From a bacterium (lineage in GTDB: Bacteria; Patescibacteriota; Saccharimonadia; UBA4664; JBBRNT01), in contig JAYUFZ010000006.1 in assembly GCA_043767845.1 (NCBI GenBank), positions 6,726 to 70,725 of the forward strand: a stretch of DNA of 64,000 nt, in the 5' to 3' direction. The stretch's first letter is position 1. Each line of letters begins with the position of its first letter. The notes beneath the pieces are model-generated. The model worked only from the letters and a program-made list of their open reading frames with translations. It was not told the DNA's origin and made no database searches. Below are positions 18,783 through 28,533 of the stretch, in pieces. The translations under genes and the position numbers were made by a program.

Positions 18783-20585
18783 ATGCCAGCCCGCCGCCTG
18801 CTCCTGCTCTGTCTATTGGCCGCTTCGGCGGTCCTGATGGCGAGCTGCAGCATCGGCCTCAACCAGTCAATCTTGCTGCGTAGCGACATGCCCACCCAGG
18901 GTATGGAGGCCAACGTGGCTTATCGCATCACCTCGGCTCCCGATGGCAAGAGCGAGATCAACGAAGCGGTGCTCAGTGGCATGAACGATGTCAGCCCGCT
19001 GCCCTTGCTGACCACCACCTTCGGCAAGGGCGCCGGTACCGTGACCCAGCGCGTCCAAGCAACTGCCAGTGATGGCAGCGCCATGAACGTTCTCGGCATG
19101 ACCAAGCAACAGCTCGGTTTTGGCCTGCACGATGCCCTGACCGTCGACTCCGCCACCTACGAACTGCACGACGCCGCTGGCCTTCGGGTTTGCGGCGCCA
19201 AGGTTCGGATGCTGTGGTTGCCCGACGCTGCCAAATTCATTGCCGGCGATACCCGCAGCTGGGACGCTATCTGGTACTACGATGTACCGTGCGCAGCCGA
19301 CCAGCCCAAGCTGGACATTTCCCGAGCCACCTTCCACGCCCTGGTCATCACCCAGCAGTTCGCACCAAGGATCACTGGCAAGCCGTTGTTCTACAACCGC
19401 GGCAACAGCGTGACTATCGTTGGCGGACAGCCCGCCGCCTTTGCTGGTGGCTGGTGGACGCGCAACGCCCGCCCGGACAACGCCAACAGCATCCTCGGCG
19501 CCCAGGCTCTGGTAAAGAACCTGGTTGTCGATCTCGACCACAACGGCTGGATGAAGTTCAGCCCGAGTGGCCCGTACAAGGATAGCGCCTTGGTCTACTC
19601 CGCCGGCGACGCCGACGTCTACGCCAGCTTCAACCGCGCCTTCTTGGATCGCCAAGTCGACTACATCGTCAACTTCCGCTCCAGCCCCAGCCGCCCCTGG
19701 CGCAAGATCGTCGTCCATCCCATCTACAATCTGGAGTGGAATGACTTTGCCCAGAACTGGGAGGCCAGTAAGGGCTTCAACCCGTTGCATATCGACGACC
19801 GGCTGGACAAGAATGGCTTCCCCAAGGACGCCAACGACAGTGTCCTCAAGGAAGTCGAGACGGCTGGCTGCCAGAACTGCCCCAACCCGACGCTGGAGCA
19901 AATCCAGATCAAGGACGGCGACAGTGGCAAGGTGCTCTACGCCATGACCATCCGCGGCTACATCGGCGCCGAAAGTTCGATGGTGATGTTTGGCCAAGTG
20001 CCAGGCAGCCTGCAGAGCTTCAAGGACACGGCTTCCACCGAGGCCAAGACCACCGGCCTGTCCAGCTGTCCGATCCGCTACGACGACAAGGGTGAAGCCC
20101 TCGACGCCGACAAGCAGATCTCGGCCGGCGACTGTGCCAGACTGCTCCGTGAAGGTGCACTCTGGCAGCTGATTACCGAGGATCCGCACAAGTTTGGCTT
20201 CGACCTGGTCGGCCAATTCCGGGTGCGCGATGAAAGCCTCTGGAAGCAGGTTTGCTCCGGATCGGGTGACTCGCTGAGTTGCTCAACTATCCGCCAGACC
20301 AGCGACCTCAAGGCCAACTACCTCTTCGACGGCCTCGACGTCTCCAAACCCTGGACCGTCTTGCAGCTGCTCGGTGAGGTAGGCGTTCGCACGCTCGGCC
20401 TGAGCTACGCCAGTGGCCAGTTCGCTGGTTCCGGCCTGCTGTTCGGCATGTCGCAGCCGCTGATGCGCCAGCAGTATTTCGGGGGCATTACCGACCCGGA
20501 AATGGTCTTCGGCTTCGACGCCCGAGCCATGCAGCTCCCCAACACCCTGGGGCAGGCCGAAAACCTGCTCTACCCACCCAAGTAG
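18783..20585 (+). CDS. Hypothetical lipoprotein with atypical GC-rich codon usage
   Basis: MPARRLLLLCLLAASAVLMAS-C lipobox-like signal; strongly C/G-ending codons. Confidence 0.8.
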   Translation: MPARRLLLLCLLAASAVLMASCSIGLNQSILLRSDMPTQGMEANVAYRITSAPDGKSEINEAVLSGMNDVSPLPLLTTTFGKGAGTVTQRVQATASDGSAMNVLGMTKQQLGFGLHDALTVDSATYELHDAAGLRVCGAKVRMLWLPDAAKFIAGDTRSWDAIWYYDVPCAADQPKLDISRATFHALVITQQFAPRITGKPLFYNRGNSVTIVGGQPAAFAGGWWTRNARPDNANSILGAQALVKNLVVDLDHNGWMKFSPSGPYKDSALVYSAGDADVYASFNRAFLDRQVDYIVNFRSSPSRPWRKIVVHPIYNLEWNDFAQNWEASKGFNPLHIDDRLDKNGFPKDANDSVLKEVETAGCQNCPNPTLEQIQIKDGDSGKVLYAMTIRGYIGAESSMVMFGQVPGSLQSFKDTASTEAKTTGLSSCPIRYDDKGEALDADKQISAGDCARLLREGALWQLITEDPHKFGFDLVGQFRVRDESLWKQVCSGSGDSLSCSTIRQTSDLKANYLFDGLDVSKPWTVLQLLGEVGVRTLGLSYASGQFAGSGLLFGMSQPLMRQQYFGGITDPEMVFGFDARAMQLPNTLGQAENLLYPPK

Positions 20586-20602
20586 CCGGAACTCCCAGCC
20601 CC

Positions 20603-20652
20603 GCGGGCAGATATTTGATGATTCGTCATCAGACATCTGCCCGCTTTTGTTT
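20603..20652 (+). terminator. Intrinsic terminator
   Basis: GCGGGCAGAT..TGATGA-ttcg-TCATCA..ATCTGCCCGC followed by TTTTGTTT. Confidence 0.85.
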
Positions 20653-20726
20653 TACTAATTTTCTGGGCGCGCGAGCCAGGACGGTGATCTGCTCAAGTTC
20701 GGCCAAATCTGTGCTAGTATAGTCGC

Positions 20727-21527
20727 ATGTTACTTCCTGGCGCAGATATCGCCGCCTTTATCCAAGAACGCCATTTTCACAGCGCGCGCGGGCTCCGGCC
20801 CCGGGCGCATTTGGTCATATTAGAATTTCAAGCCAGCGGTCCGAGCGCTAGCTATATTAAGGCCAAACAGCGCTATGGCGAAGAAATTGGGGCAACTGTT
20901 GAGTACGTCCAGCTCGACCCTCAGCTTTCCACCGAGCAAGCCACCCAGCAACTGGAGCTCTACAATGCTCGGCCCGAAGTACACGGAATTATCATTCAGC
21001 TGCCGCTACCAGAGCAGATTGACCCCAAACGGCTGCTGAACACTATTGCCCCAACCAGAGATGTCGATGGCCTCGGAGATAAGGCGGTTTATAGCTCGGC
21101 CACGGCCACCGGTATTATGTGGCTTTTGGGCAGCCATGGCGTGGTTACTCGAGGGGCTAACGTCGCAGTTATCGGCCAGGGTCTAGCCGCCGGTAAGCCA
21201 GTAGCCGATATGCTCGAAGCAGCTGGCGCCGTGGTATCGCGTTGCGATATTCGCACTAAGAATCTAGAAGTTATTACCAAGGCTGCCCAAATTATCATTT
21301 CGGCTACCGGTCAACCCGGACTCATTACTAGAAGCATGGTTTCCGACGGCGCGGTTATTGTCGATGCCGGTGTTGGTATGCCCAAAGAAGGTGGCCTAAA
21401 AGGCGACGTCGACCCGGCTCTCTATGACGACCCTAGGCTGAAGGTCACCCCCGTCCCCGGCGGCGTCGGCCCCATGACCGTGGCGGCATTGTTCGAACAC
21501 TTGCTGGTCGCCGCCCGCAAAAAGTAA
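20727..21527 (+). CDS. folD: Bifunctional methylenetetrahydrofolate dehydrogenase/cyclohydrolase
   Basis: HGIIIQLPLP, RDVDGL, GDVD, TPVPGGVGPMTVAALF. Confidence 0.95.
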   Translation: MLLPGADIAAFIQERHFHSARGLRPRAHLVILEFQASGPSASYIKAKQRYGEEIGATVEYVQLDPQLSTEQATQQLELYNARPEVHGIIIQLPLPEQIDPKRLLNTIAPTRDVDGLGDKAVYSSATATGIMWLLGSHGVVTRGANVAVIGQGLAAGKPVADMLEAAGAVVSRCDIRTKNLEVITKAAQIIISATGQPGLITRSMVSDGAVIVDAGVGMPKEGGLKGDVDPALYDDPRLKVTPVPGGVGPMTVAALFEHLLVAARKK

Positions 21528-22208
21528 CTATTTGGGCAGTTTCAGGCCGTAGATGAGCGCCATAATTTCTTGGGCAGTCTTATTGCTGCAGTCCATCGGC
21601 CGGCCAATAGTGATACTAGCCCGTCTGCCGAGCAGGTGCCCGGCGGTCCACTGGATGTGCATAGGGATAATCAAGACGTCGGGTTGCTTGGCTAATACCG
21701 CTACCCCGTGCTTAGCATAGGCAGTTCCCGGGATAGTGCGTCGTCCCTCAGGGAAGATATTGATGGTCTGATGTTTGGACAACAAGGATTGCGCCAGTTC
21801 CAGGCCATAGGGCATGCTATCGTGGCGGGTGGCAGGGAAGCAGCCAAAGGCTACCAAAAATGGATAGTAATACCATTTGGTGAAGAAAAATGAGTACACA
21901 AAAGAGCGGATTGGCGCCAGCTTTCGCCAGCTAGCAAAGGGGATTTGGCCGCTTAGTATAAAAGGGTCGAGCATACTTTGATGGTTGGGGGCAGTCACAT
22001 AGCCCTTATGAGGATCAATATCGTCCGGCTTCAGCAGAATATGGACTTTATCCACAAACAGCCAACCCAAAACACGCGGAATAAGCCACAGCATCACAAA
22101 CTGCACGGCTATCATGAAAGGTAAAAAGACCGCGTTCTGCAGTGCTGCCCCGGTAGTTTCTTGCCTAGGTTTTTCAACTGGAGTAGGAGCTAAAAAAGTG
22201 TTAGCCAT
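21528..22208 (-). CDS. Lysophospholipid acyltransferase (PlsC-like)
   Basis: NHQSMLD (HX4D), IFPEGRR, IIPMHI. Confidence 0.9.
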   Translation of the reverse strand: MANTFLAPTPVEKPRQETTGAALQNAVFLPFMIAVQFVMLWLIPRVLGWLFVDKVHILLKPDDIDPHKGYVTAPNHQSMLDPFILSGQIPFASWRKLAPIRSFVYSFFFTKWYYYPFLVAFGCFPATRHDSMPYGLELAQSLLSKHQTINIFPEGRRTIPGTAYAKHGVAVLAKQPDVLIIPMHIQWTAGHLLGRRASITIGRPMDCSNKTAQEIMALIYGLKLPK

Positions 22209-22315
22209 TTTTGTTTTACTTGTCTACCAATGCATCATAGGTCAAAAGGAAGGTTAGTACAAGATACGGAAGTGGCCTGGCGCGTGCGTTTGAAGCTATC
22301 CCCAAAAACCGCTTT

Positions 22316-22567
22316 TTATAGTGGATTCTTGAATTGCCCAATTTCCGATAGGTGTTTAAGCGCTGTTTCGACCTGGCCCAAGATACCTGGGCGGCTTTGT
22401 TCGATCTCGGCTTTATGGAGCCGCCAAGCGGCAGTTTCTGTGGCATCCAGGAAGTACATCCGAAGAATTGCTCGATCAGCTTCTGACAAACGGGCATATA
22501 TGCGCGGATGAAACTCAATAAAACTTTCAATTACACCCAGGCGTTCGAGGTATTTTTGATCGTCCAT
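22316..22567 (-). CDS. Small protein with weak sigma-70 region 4 / HTH-like pattern
   Basis: LSEADRAILRMYFLD...SRPGILGQVETALKHL; divergent from the acyltransferase-ThiF operon. Confidence 0.6.
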   Translation of the reverse strand: MDDQKYLERLGVIESFIEFHPRIYARLSEADRAILRMYFLDATETAAWRLHKAEIEQSRPGILGQVETALKHLSEIGQFKNPL

Positions 22568-22723
22568 AGTCTTAGTATTATCCTATACCCCGTGGTCGGC
22601 TAGGTATTTGAGCACTTTGTCGAAATCATTAGCCTCATAGAGAAACCTTGATAATCCTATGCATATCATATTTAGGCGTTCGAAAAGGTTGTCGAAACCA
22701 ATTGTCTGTATCAGAATAAGCTC

Positions 22724-23539
22724 ATGGTTTCTCAAGTTAAACAATTATTCCGTTATCGGTCACTACTCACGAACAAGCAGCCCGATAATCTTGAGGTTAG
22801 AGTTATCAGTGACCCAAAATCACTCTTAGCGGCTAGGCAGCTTCATGCCCGGCGTTATTTACGGTGGGGTTACATTCAAGAAAGTGATATTGCAAGCAAC
22901 GGTACGATGAACCGGCATGCAGACCCATATGCTGGACACTCGATATACTTTGCAGTATTCGACAAATCCAAGGCGGGCACTCCACTCGTCGCTGTATCGC
23001 GACAGATCAAGCTGCGTCCAGGATCAAAATCTCACCATGATCTCCCAACCCTAGCTAACGTTCCACTTGGGAAAGAGGCCATAGAAGAGATCGAACGATA
23101 TACGCTGGGGGAATGTGTGGAAATCTCAGCACTCGTCAAAGACTCTGGAGTATCATCACTCGCCCCGCTCATGCTGTACAGGGCCATGTGGCATTATTCA
23201 CTTATGAACGGCCACAAGTTGTGGTTAATGGGTGTTGATCGAAGCGTTTATCGTCTTCTGGACGCTGTATTCGACAAATCTATCGAGCGAATTGGCGGAG
23301 AAGCATTTTACATGGGCAGTTTGGTAATTCCAGCTTCGGTGAGGATAGGCAATACGGTTGATAATATCATTCACGACCTCACCAGCAAGAACTTTACTGC
23401 CCTATTGTGGCAAAGGGATCTCGCACTGTTTTTGTGTGATGGGTTACCAAAGCAAGTTTTGAGTCCGGGTCAAATGAAACTTCTTGAGAAATCTGGGCAG
23501 CATGGCAAGCAGGCCTTGGAAGGCTTGGCCTATGAGTAG
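22724..23539 (+). CDS. FeeM-like N-acyl amino acid synthase (GNAT / autoinducer-synthase fold)
   Basis: AARQLHARRYLRWGYI, DPY..HSIYF, LPT, CVEISALVK, LYRAMW, FYMGSLVIP. Confidence 0.7.
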   Translation: MVSQVKQLFRYRSLLTNKQPDNLEVRVISDPKSLLAARQLHARRYLRWGYIQESDIASNGTMNRHADPYAGHSIYFAVFDKSKAGTPLVAVSRQIKLRPGSKSHHDLPTLANVPLGKEAIEEIERYTLGECVEISALVKDSGVSSLAPLMLYRAMWHYSLMNGHKLWLMGVDRSVYRLLDAVFDKSIERIGGEAFYMGSLVIPASVRIGNTVDNIIHDLTSKNFTALLWQRDLALFLCDGLPKQVLSPGQMKLLEKSGQHGKQALEGLAYE

Positions 23540-24413
23540 CAAGGAAAACGAGCGCCGCTTTGCCCGCAACCTAGGCTTTATTTCAGTTGATGAGCAGCGG
23601 AAACTTGCCGACGCGCGGGTTGGTATCGCGGGTTGTGGTGGCGATGGCGGGCAAGCTGCAGAAGCTTTAGCCCGTATGGGAGTGGGCGCTTTTGTATTAG
23701 CTGATCCTGAAATATTTGAACTGGAGAATATCAACCGCCAGTGCGCGGCAGAGGACGGAATAGGCGAGAACAAGGCAGAAGTAATCGCTAGACGTATTGC
23801 AAAGATTAACCCCCTAGCCAAGATTCGGGTTTATACCGAAGGGATTACGATTGCCAATATTACGAAATTTGTTGATGCGTCAGACATAATCGTAGACGAG
23901 TCGGACTTTACTGTTCCACACATTGGAATCGCCCTTGCCCGCGAAGCCCGCCGTCAGCACAAGGTTGTAGTTATGGGCTTAAACCTAGGCTTTGGAGGAC
24001 TTGTAACCTCATTTGTCCCGGGTCGAATGACGCTCGAGCGACGCTTAGGATATAGTACGACATCTGCAATTTCGGAAATAGAAGCTGATTCCAAAACCAG
24101 CGATTTACAGCCCTGGCGCTGGATACCAGCACTACCCGGTTATACTGACCTTGGCGCTTTGGCGCGCGTGGTAAGGGGTGAGATATCTGTACCTTCGGTC
24201 GTTCAGGGTGTGTTGCAGTGCGCAGCCATGACTTCAACTGAAGTCTATAAACACCTTACGGGAGGTAAAGGAGTGCATGTAGCGCCCGTATACCAGTGGA
24301 TCGATCCCAAGCAGGGTACCCAACGTCGTGTAAGAGCCTCGCGCATATCCTTTTACTCGACTTTACTGCGGATTGCAGCTAGGCGGTCACTCGGTCGTCG
24401 TAAAGTCTCCTAA
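23532..24413 (+). CDS. ThiF/MoeB/HesA family adenylyltransferase
   Basis: RFARNLGFISVDEQRKL, GIAGCGGDG, ADPEIFELENINRQ, NKAEV, INP, VDESD; overlaps the upstream gene's stop. Confidence 0.92.
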   Translation: MSSKENERRFARNLGFISVDEQRKLADARVGIAGCGGDGGQAAEALARMGVGAFVLADPEIFELENINRQCAAEDGIGENKAEVIARRIAKINPLAKIRVYTEGITIANITKFVDASDIIVDESDFTVPHIGIALAREARRQHKVVVMGLNLGFGGLVTSFVPGRMTLERRLGYSTTSAISEIEADSKTSDLQPWRWIPALPGYTDLGALARVVRGEISVPSVVQGVLQCAAMTSTEVYKHLTGGKGVHVAPVYQWIDPKQGTQRRVRASRISFYSTLLRIAARRSLGRRKVS

Positions 24414-24449
24414 GTTTACCGAGAACTATTTGCTATACTAATAGCAGTT

Positions 24450-26669
24450 ATGCTTTTAAAGTTTATTGTGCTTGCCGTCGTTTGTCTGCTAAGCAGCGTT
24501 CTTGGCATATTTGTATTTATTAAAAACCCCAAAGATAAGACTTTTCGTGCTTTTGGTGGGTTTGTGCTTGCGACGAATCTCTGGCTGCTCTCTGACTTCT
24601 TAAGTAATAGCTTGTCGCTCCCAAAATCGACGGTTCTGCTCATGAACTATTTAACTCTGGCATTCCCGGTATTAGCCTTATATGTTTTGATCCTTTTCTG
24701 CCTCTACTTAACTAAAAGATTAGCGGGCATCCCACACCTCGGATTGCAGGTCATTGCCTTGGCAGCAGCAGTAGTTACAGCCCTCTGTTTTACTCCATAT
24801 TTTGTTCAAGATGTAGTCGCCAGTCAGGGCATCTATAAGATTACTTTTGGCCCCCTGATCAATATTTATTTCGGATACATTGTAGTAGGTATTATTATTG
24901 TAGGCATTGTCCTGGGGCGCAGTTATTTCTTGGCCAGAGCGGCTGAGCGAACGCGGCTGGGCTATGTCATTGCCAGTATTATTTTGGCCTTGGGCAGCGC
25001 ATTTATTACCAACTTGGCCGTTCCATTGATAGCCCACAATTTTAGTCTAGTAATCTATGCTCCCATTTCCGCACTTATCCTGACGATTGGATTCTCATAC
25101 GCTATTGTCAACCAGCGTCTGTTTGATATACGAGCAATTATTGCCCGCTCGGTGACCTATTTATTCCTCCTGGCAACACTGGCGACTATCTATGGCTTCA
25201 CTCTTTTTGGAATCTCTCAGCTGTTCTTCACGGACCGCAGCTCTTCACCGGTTGAGATCGCAACCTATATTGTCTTGGCGCTCATTCTATCATTTACGTT
25301 TCCGACCCTTCGGCAATTTTTTGAGCGTACGACTGACCGCATTTTCTTCAAAAATCGCTACGATACACAGGACGTTCTGGACAATGTGGGCAAGGTGCTA
25401 GTCCAGGAAATGGATATCGATGCTATGTTGCGAGATGTTCTTGAAGTAATTTGCAAACAAGTACATATTTCTCATGGCCAGTTCTTCATTTTTAACAGCG
25501 ATCGGATTTATAAGGTGGCTCACTTTGGCCCACTGCCTCAGCGACTCATTGTTGTACCAGAACTAGAGCATTTGCATAAACAGTTAATCCTTGCTGATGA
25601 AGTGGCCCCCGGAAAGCTCAAAGATATAATGAGTAGCCACAGCATTCGTTTGAGCAAAAGACTCCACACTAAGGACGATTTTGTCGGATTCTTACTTCTA
25701 GGCGACAAACTAAGTGGCGATATCTACTCAGATCAGGATGTGAAACTCATCGAAATCATGTCCTCGAGTCTAGCCATCGCTATCCAGAACGCCAAATCCT
25801 ATGAACAAATCCGCCAGTTCAACATCACTCTCCAAGAAAAAATCGAGCAGGCTACTAAGCGTTTGCGGGTGGCAAATGCCAACCTCAAGAGCCTCGATAA
25901 GGCCAAGGATGAGTTTATTTCGATGGCTTCACATCAGTTGCGCACGCCGCTGACGACCATTAAGGGCTATGTGTCGATGATTCTTGAGGGCGATACGGGG
26001 CCTATTACCGATGAGCAGAAGGAATTCCTGAACTACGCTTTTGCTGGTTCGGAGCGGATGGTTAGCTTGATCTCAGACTTGCTCAATGTCTCGAGGCTAG
26101 CTGCCGGCCGATTTATAATTGAGCGAACGCCGACCGATATCGTGGCGGTGGTGGCCGATGAGGTTCGTCAGCTGCAGTCGCACGCCGCAGCCAAAAACCT
26201 GCAACTGGTCTTTACGCCGCCTGCCACGCCGCTGGCTACTATCTCGATCGATGAGAACAAGACCAGGCAAGTCATGATGAACTTCATCGACAACGCCATT
26301 TACTACACTAAGGAAGGCAAGGTTAGCGTGGCAGTCGGCGAGAGCAAGGATATGGTTCGCTTTACCGTTACCGATACGGGCATCGGCGTGCCGAAGGACT
26401 CGCAGAACAAACTCTTTACCAAATTCTACCGTGCCGGCAATGCCCAAACTGTCCGACCGGACGGCACCGGGCTGGGCCTCTACTTGGCCAAGCGGGTTAT
26501 CGAGGACCAAGGTGGTACAATAGTCTTTGAAAGCCATGAGGGCAAGGGCAGCACGTTCGGGTTTGAAATACCGCTCCATGTGCCAGCCAGCACCGCGCCC
26601 AAGGCCACTGTCATTATTAGTAAGAAACATAGCCAGCCTGTCGCACTCAAGACAGAGAAGAAAGAATGA
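24450..26669 (+). CDS. HisKA_7TM-type membrane sensor histidine kinase with GAF-like domain
   Basis: Multiple N-terminal TMs, YAIVNQRLFDI, GDKLSGDIYSDQD, ASHQLRTP, NFIDNAIYY, DTGIGVP, GTGLGL. Confidence 0.94.
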   Translation: MLLKFIVLAVVCLLSSVLGIFVFIKNPKDKTFRAFGGFVLATNLWLLSDFLSNSLSLPKSTVLLMNYLTLAFPVLALYVLILFCLYLTKRLAGIPHLGLQVIALAAAVVTALCFTPYFVQDVVASQGIYKITFGPLINIYFGYIVVGIIIVGIVLGRSYFLARAAERTRLGYVIASIILALGSAFITNLAVPLIAHNFSLVIYAPISALILTIGFSYAIVNQRLFDIRAIIARSVTYLFLLATLATIYGFTLFGISQLFFTDRSSSPVEIATYIVLALILSFTFPTLRQFFERTTDRIFFKNRYDTQDVLDNVGKVLVQEMDIDAMLRDVLEVICKQVHISHGQFFIFNSDRIYKVAHFGPLPQRLIVVPELEHLHKQLILADEVAPGKLKDIMSSHSIRLSKRLHTKDDFVGFLLLGDKLSGDIYSDQDVKLIEIMSSSLAIAIQNAKSYEQIRQFNITLQEKIEQATKRLRVANANLKSLDKAKDEFISMASHQLRTPLTTIKGYVSMILEGDTGPITDEQKEFLNYAFAGSERMVSLISDLLNVSRLAAGRFIIERTPTDIVAVVADEVRQLQSHAAAKNLQLVFTPPATPLATISIDENKTRQVMMNFIDNAIYYTKEGKVSVAVGESKDMVRFTVTDTGIGVPKDSQNKLFTKFYRAGNAQTVRPDGTGLGLYLAKRVIEDQGGTIVFESHEGKGSTFGFEIPLHVPASTAPKATVIISKKHSQPVALKTEKKE

Positions 26670-27124
26670 CTCGTATTACCTCACCTGCTGACTCACTCGA
26701 CAATCGCCCTGGTGCCGTGCTCTCCAACGGCAAAACTGTGCTAGTGGCCGAGGACGACCCTTTTATTTCTCGGATGTATGAAACCAAGCTGACCAACTCT
26801 GGCTATTATGTGGTGCTAGCCAATAATGGTCGCGACGCCTACGAGAAGATCAAGGACACTAAGCCGGATTTGCTGCTGCTCGACATAAATATGCCTGAGC
26901 TCTCGGGGTTTGAAGTCTTGGGCGCCCTGAACGGCGACGGCTACGATATGAGCACCACGCCAGTCATGGTGCTGACCAACTCCAGTAATATGGCCGACCG
27001 TAAAGTTGCCGAAAGCTATGGTGCCGAATACATGATCAAGGCCGAGCTTACCCCTCGCGCCGTACTGGAGCGCATCAATGCCAAGCTGGGAATCGACGCC
27101 CCGGGTACGGCGGTGGGCCAATGA
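26666..27124 (+). CDS. Single-domain response regulator
   Basis: ATGA overlap; VAEDD, LLDINMPELSG, VLTN, IKA. Confidence 0.93.
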   Translation: MTRITSPADSLDNRPGAVLSNGKTVLVAEDDPFISRMYETKLTNSGYYVVLANNGRDAYEKIKDTKPDLLLLDINMPELSGFEVLGALNGDGYDMSTTPVMVLTNSSNMADRKVAESYGAEYMIKAELTPRAVLERINAKLGIDAPGTAVGQ

Positions 27125-27300
27125 TCACGGCCCTAGCTACCGCAGTAATTGTATTTCTTACGAGCTTTATTGGTCTTAACTTGGTCGAAGTCCAGATCCA
27201 TCGCATGACCAAGAACAAAGATACGAGCTACCGGACTGGGGTTTGGGTCTTTGCCTTGCTACTAGCCGGCTATGCCTTCGCTAGCAGCCTGGGTCGCTAG
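27121..27300 (+). CDS. 59-aa two-TM protein (absent from the ORF track)
   Basis: ATGA overlap with the regulator stop; MITALATAVIVFLTSFIGLNLVEVQIHRMTKNKDTSYRTGVWVFALLLAGYAFASSLGR. Confidence 0.7.
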   Translation: MITALATAVIVFLTSFIGLNLVEVQIHRMTKNKDTSYRTGVWVFALLLAGYAFASSLGR

Positions 27301-27303
27301 AGA

Positions 27304-28449
27304 TTAGGGGAGCTTGAATACATCGCGTACCCGGTGCAGGCTAAAGATCGTCGCCGCTGTATGAATGGTGCCGGGTAGCGTCGATACGGCCGTAGCAAAT
27401 CCGGCCTCTCGGACCAACGCTTCAGTTGCGGCATTATAGCTACCGTAGGGATAGGCAAAGTGGCGCACTGGGTGGCCGAGTTGAGCCTCGAGCTGCGCTT
27501 TGCCCTCAAATACTTGAAAGCGCTGCATTGCTGGGGGCTGGGCGGGGAGATTGAGATGGTCGATGGTGTGGGCGGCGATAGTAATGAGTCCACTTTTGTC
27601 GAGCTCGCGCACTTGGTCCCAGGTTAAGTAGGCATCGCCACAGCCAATTGCTTGGCTGTAGTTACGTCCGGCCCCAATACAATAATTGCTAGCCGCTCCG
27701 CCTACAATAATGTAGTAGGTAGCTTTCATATTGTACTTTTTGAGCAGCCGGAAAGCTTCCATCTGGTTACCGAAGCCATCATCAAAGGTAATGACCACCG
27801 GCTTAGCTGGGAGGGCGACATCGTGTGAGTACATAGCCTGAGCGAGCATATCCAGGTCGATAGTGGTGTAGCCCTTTTGGATGAGGTCTTGGAGTTGGGC
27901 CTCGAAGTTGGCAGGAGTGTAATGGTAGATGAGGATAGGCGCTGTCAGGCTGAAGCCGTAGAGCGGTTCGACGGCAGGCGGGTTGGCGAGGCGCTCCTTA
28001 GACAAACGGGCAAGCTCGGCGCGCAAGGTATTGATTTCCGCTTGAAGGCTATTAATATCGGTCCGTGTCGACTTCAGCTCGCCGGCCTGCAGCTCAAACT
28101 GTATTTTGATGAGTTCCTGCTGCAGGCTTGAGGCGTCGACCACCCGCGTGCCGTAGCTGGTTTGCGTATCCTCGAGCTCTTTTATCTCGTTGCTCAGGCC
28201 TGCGACATCGCGCCGTAGGCCTTGGCGCACGATGCCGCTTGAATTGTCCTGCTGAACTCGTGGGGCAGTAGCAAGGTGGCTAATCTCGAAGTATAGCCCG
28301 CTGATGCAGATAATAAGTATACCGGCCACGAATGAGAACTTACTCCATAGCAGGCGGTGCTGGGCCCGGAAGTTGGCAAACTGAACCCGTAGCTGCCTTT
28401 TGGCGGCGGCCTCGAGCTGGGTCGTGGGGCGGTTTTTCTGTAATGCCAT
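27304..28449 (-). CDS. Membrane-anchored polysaccharide deacetylase (CE4/NodB) with coiled-coil stalk
   Basis: TM, coiled coil, PILIYH, TFDDG, HTIDH, FAYPYG. Confidence 0.92.
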   Translation of the reverse strand: MALQKNRPTTQLEAAAKRQLRVQFANFRAQHRLLWSKFSFVAGILIICISGLYFEISHLATAPRVQQDNSSGIVRQGLRRDVAGLSNEIKELEDTQTSYGTRVVDASSLQQELIKIQFELQAGELKSTRTDINSLQAEINTLRAELARLSKERLANPPAVEPLYGFSLTAPILIYHYTPANFEAQLQDLIQKGYTTIDLDMLAQAMYSHDVALPAKPVVITFDDGFGNQMEAFRLLKKYNMKATYYIIVGGAASNYCIGAGRNYSQAIGCGDAYLTWDQVRELDKSGLITIAAHTIDHLNLPAQPPAMQRFQVFEGKAQLEAQLGHPVRHFAYPYGSYNAATEALVREAGFATAVSTLPGTIHTAATIFSLHRVRDVFKLP

Positions 28450-28504
28450 TGTTCTCAGTTTACCTGCTGGAGCATGATACTCCAAGCCGGCAGGCATTCT
28501 GGTC

Positions 28505-28533
28505 TTGAGCAAAACGGCCTCCGGTGGTATGAT
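28505..28533 (+). promoter_or_regulatory. Sigma-70-type promoter for tRNA-Glu
   Basis: TTGAGC-17 bp-TATGAT with extended TG. Confidence 0.6.

Noticed and set aside
18867-20216. 449-aa antisense ORF
   Set aside because: Lies entirely opposite a gene with strongly biased codons; typical shadow ORF with no motifs
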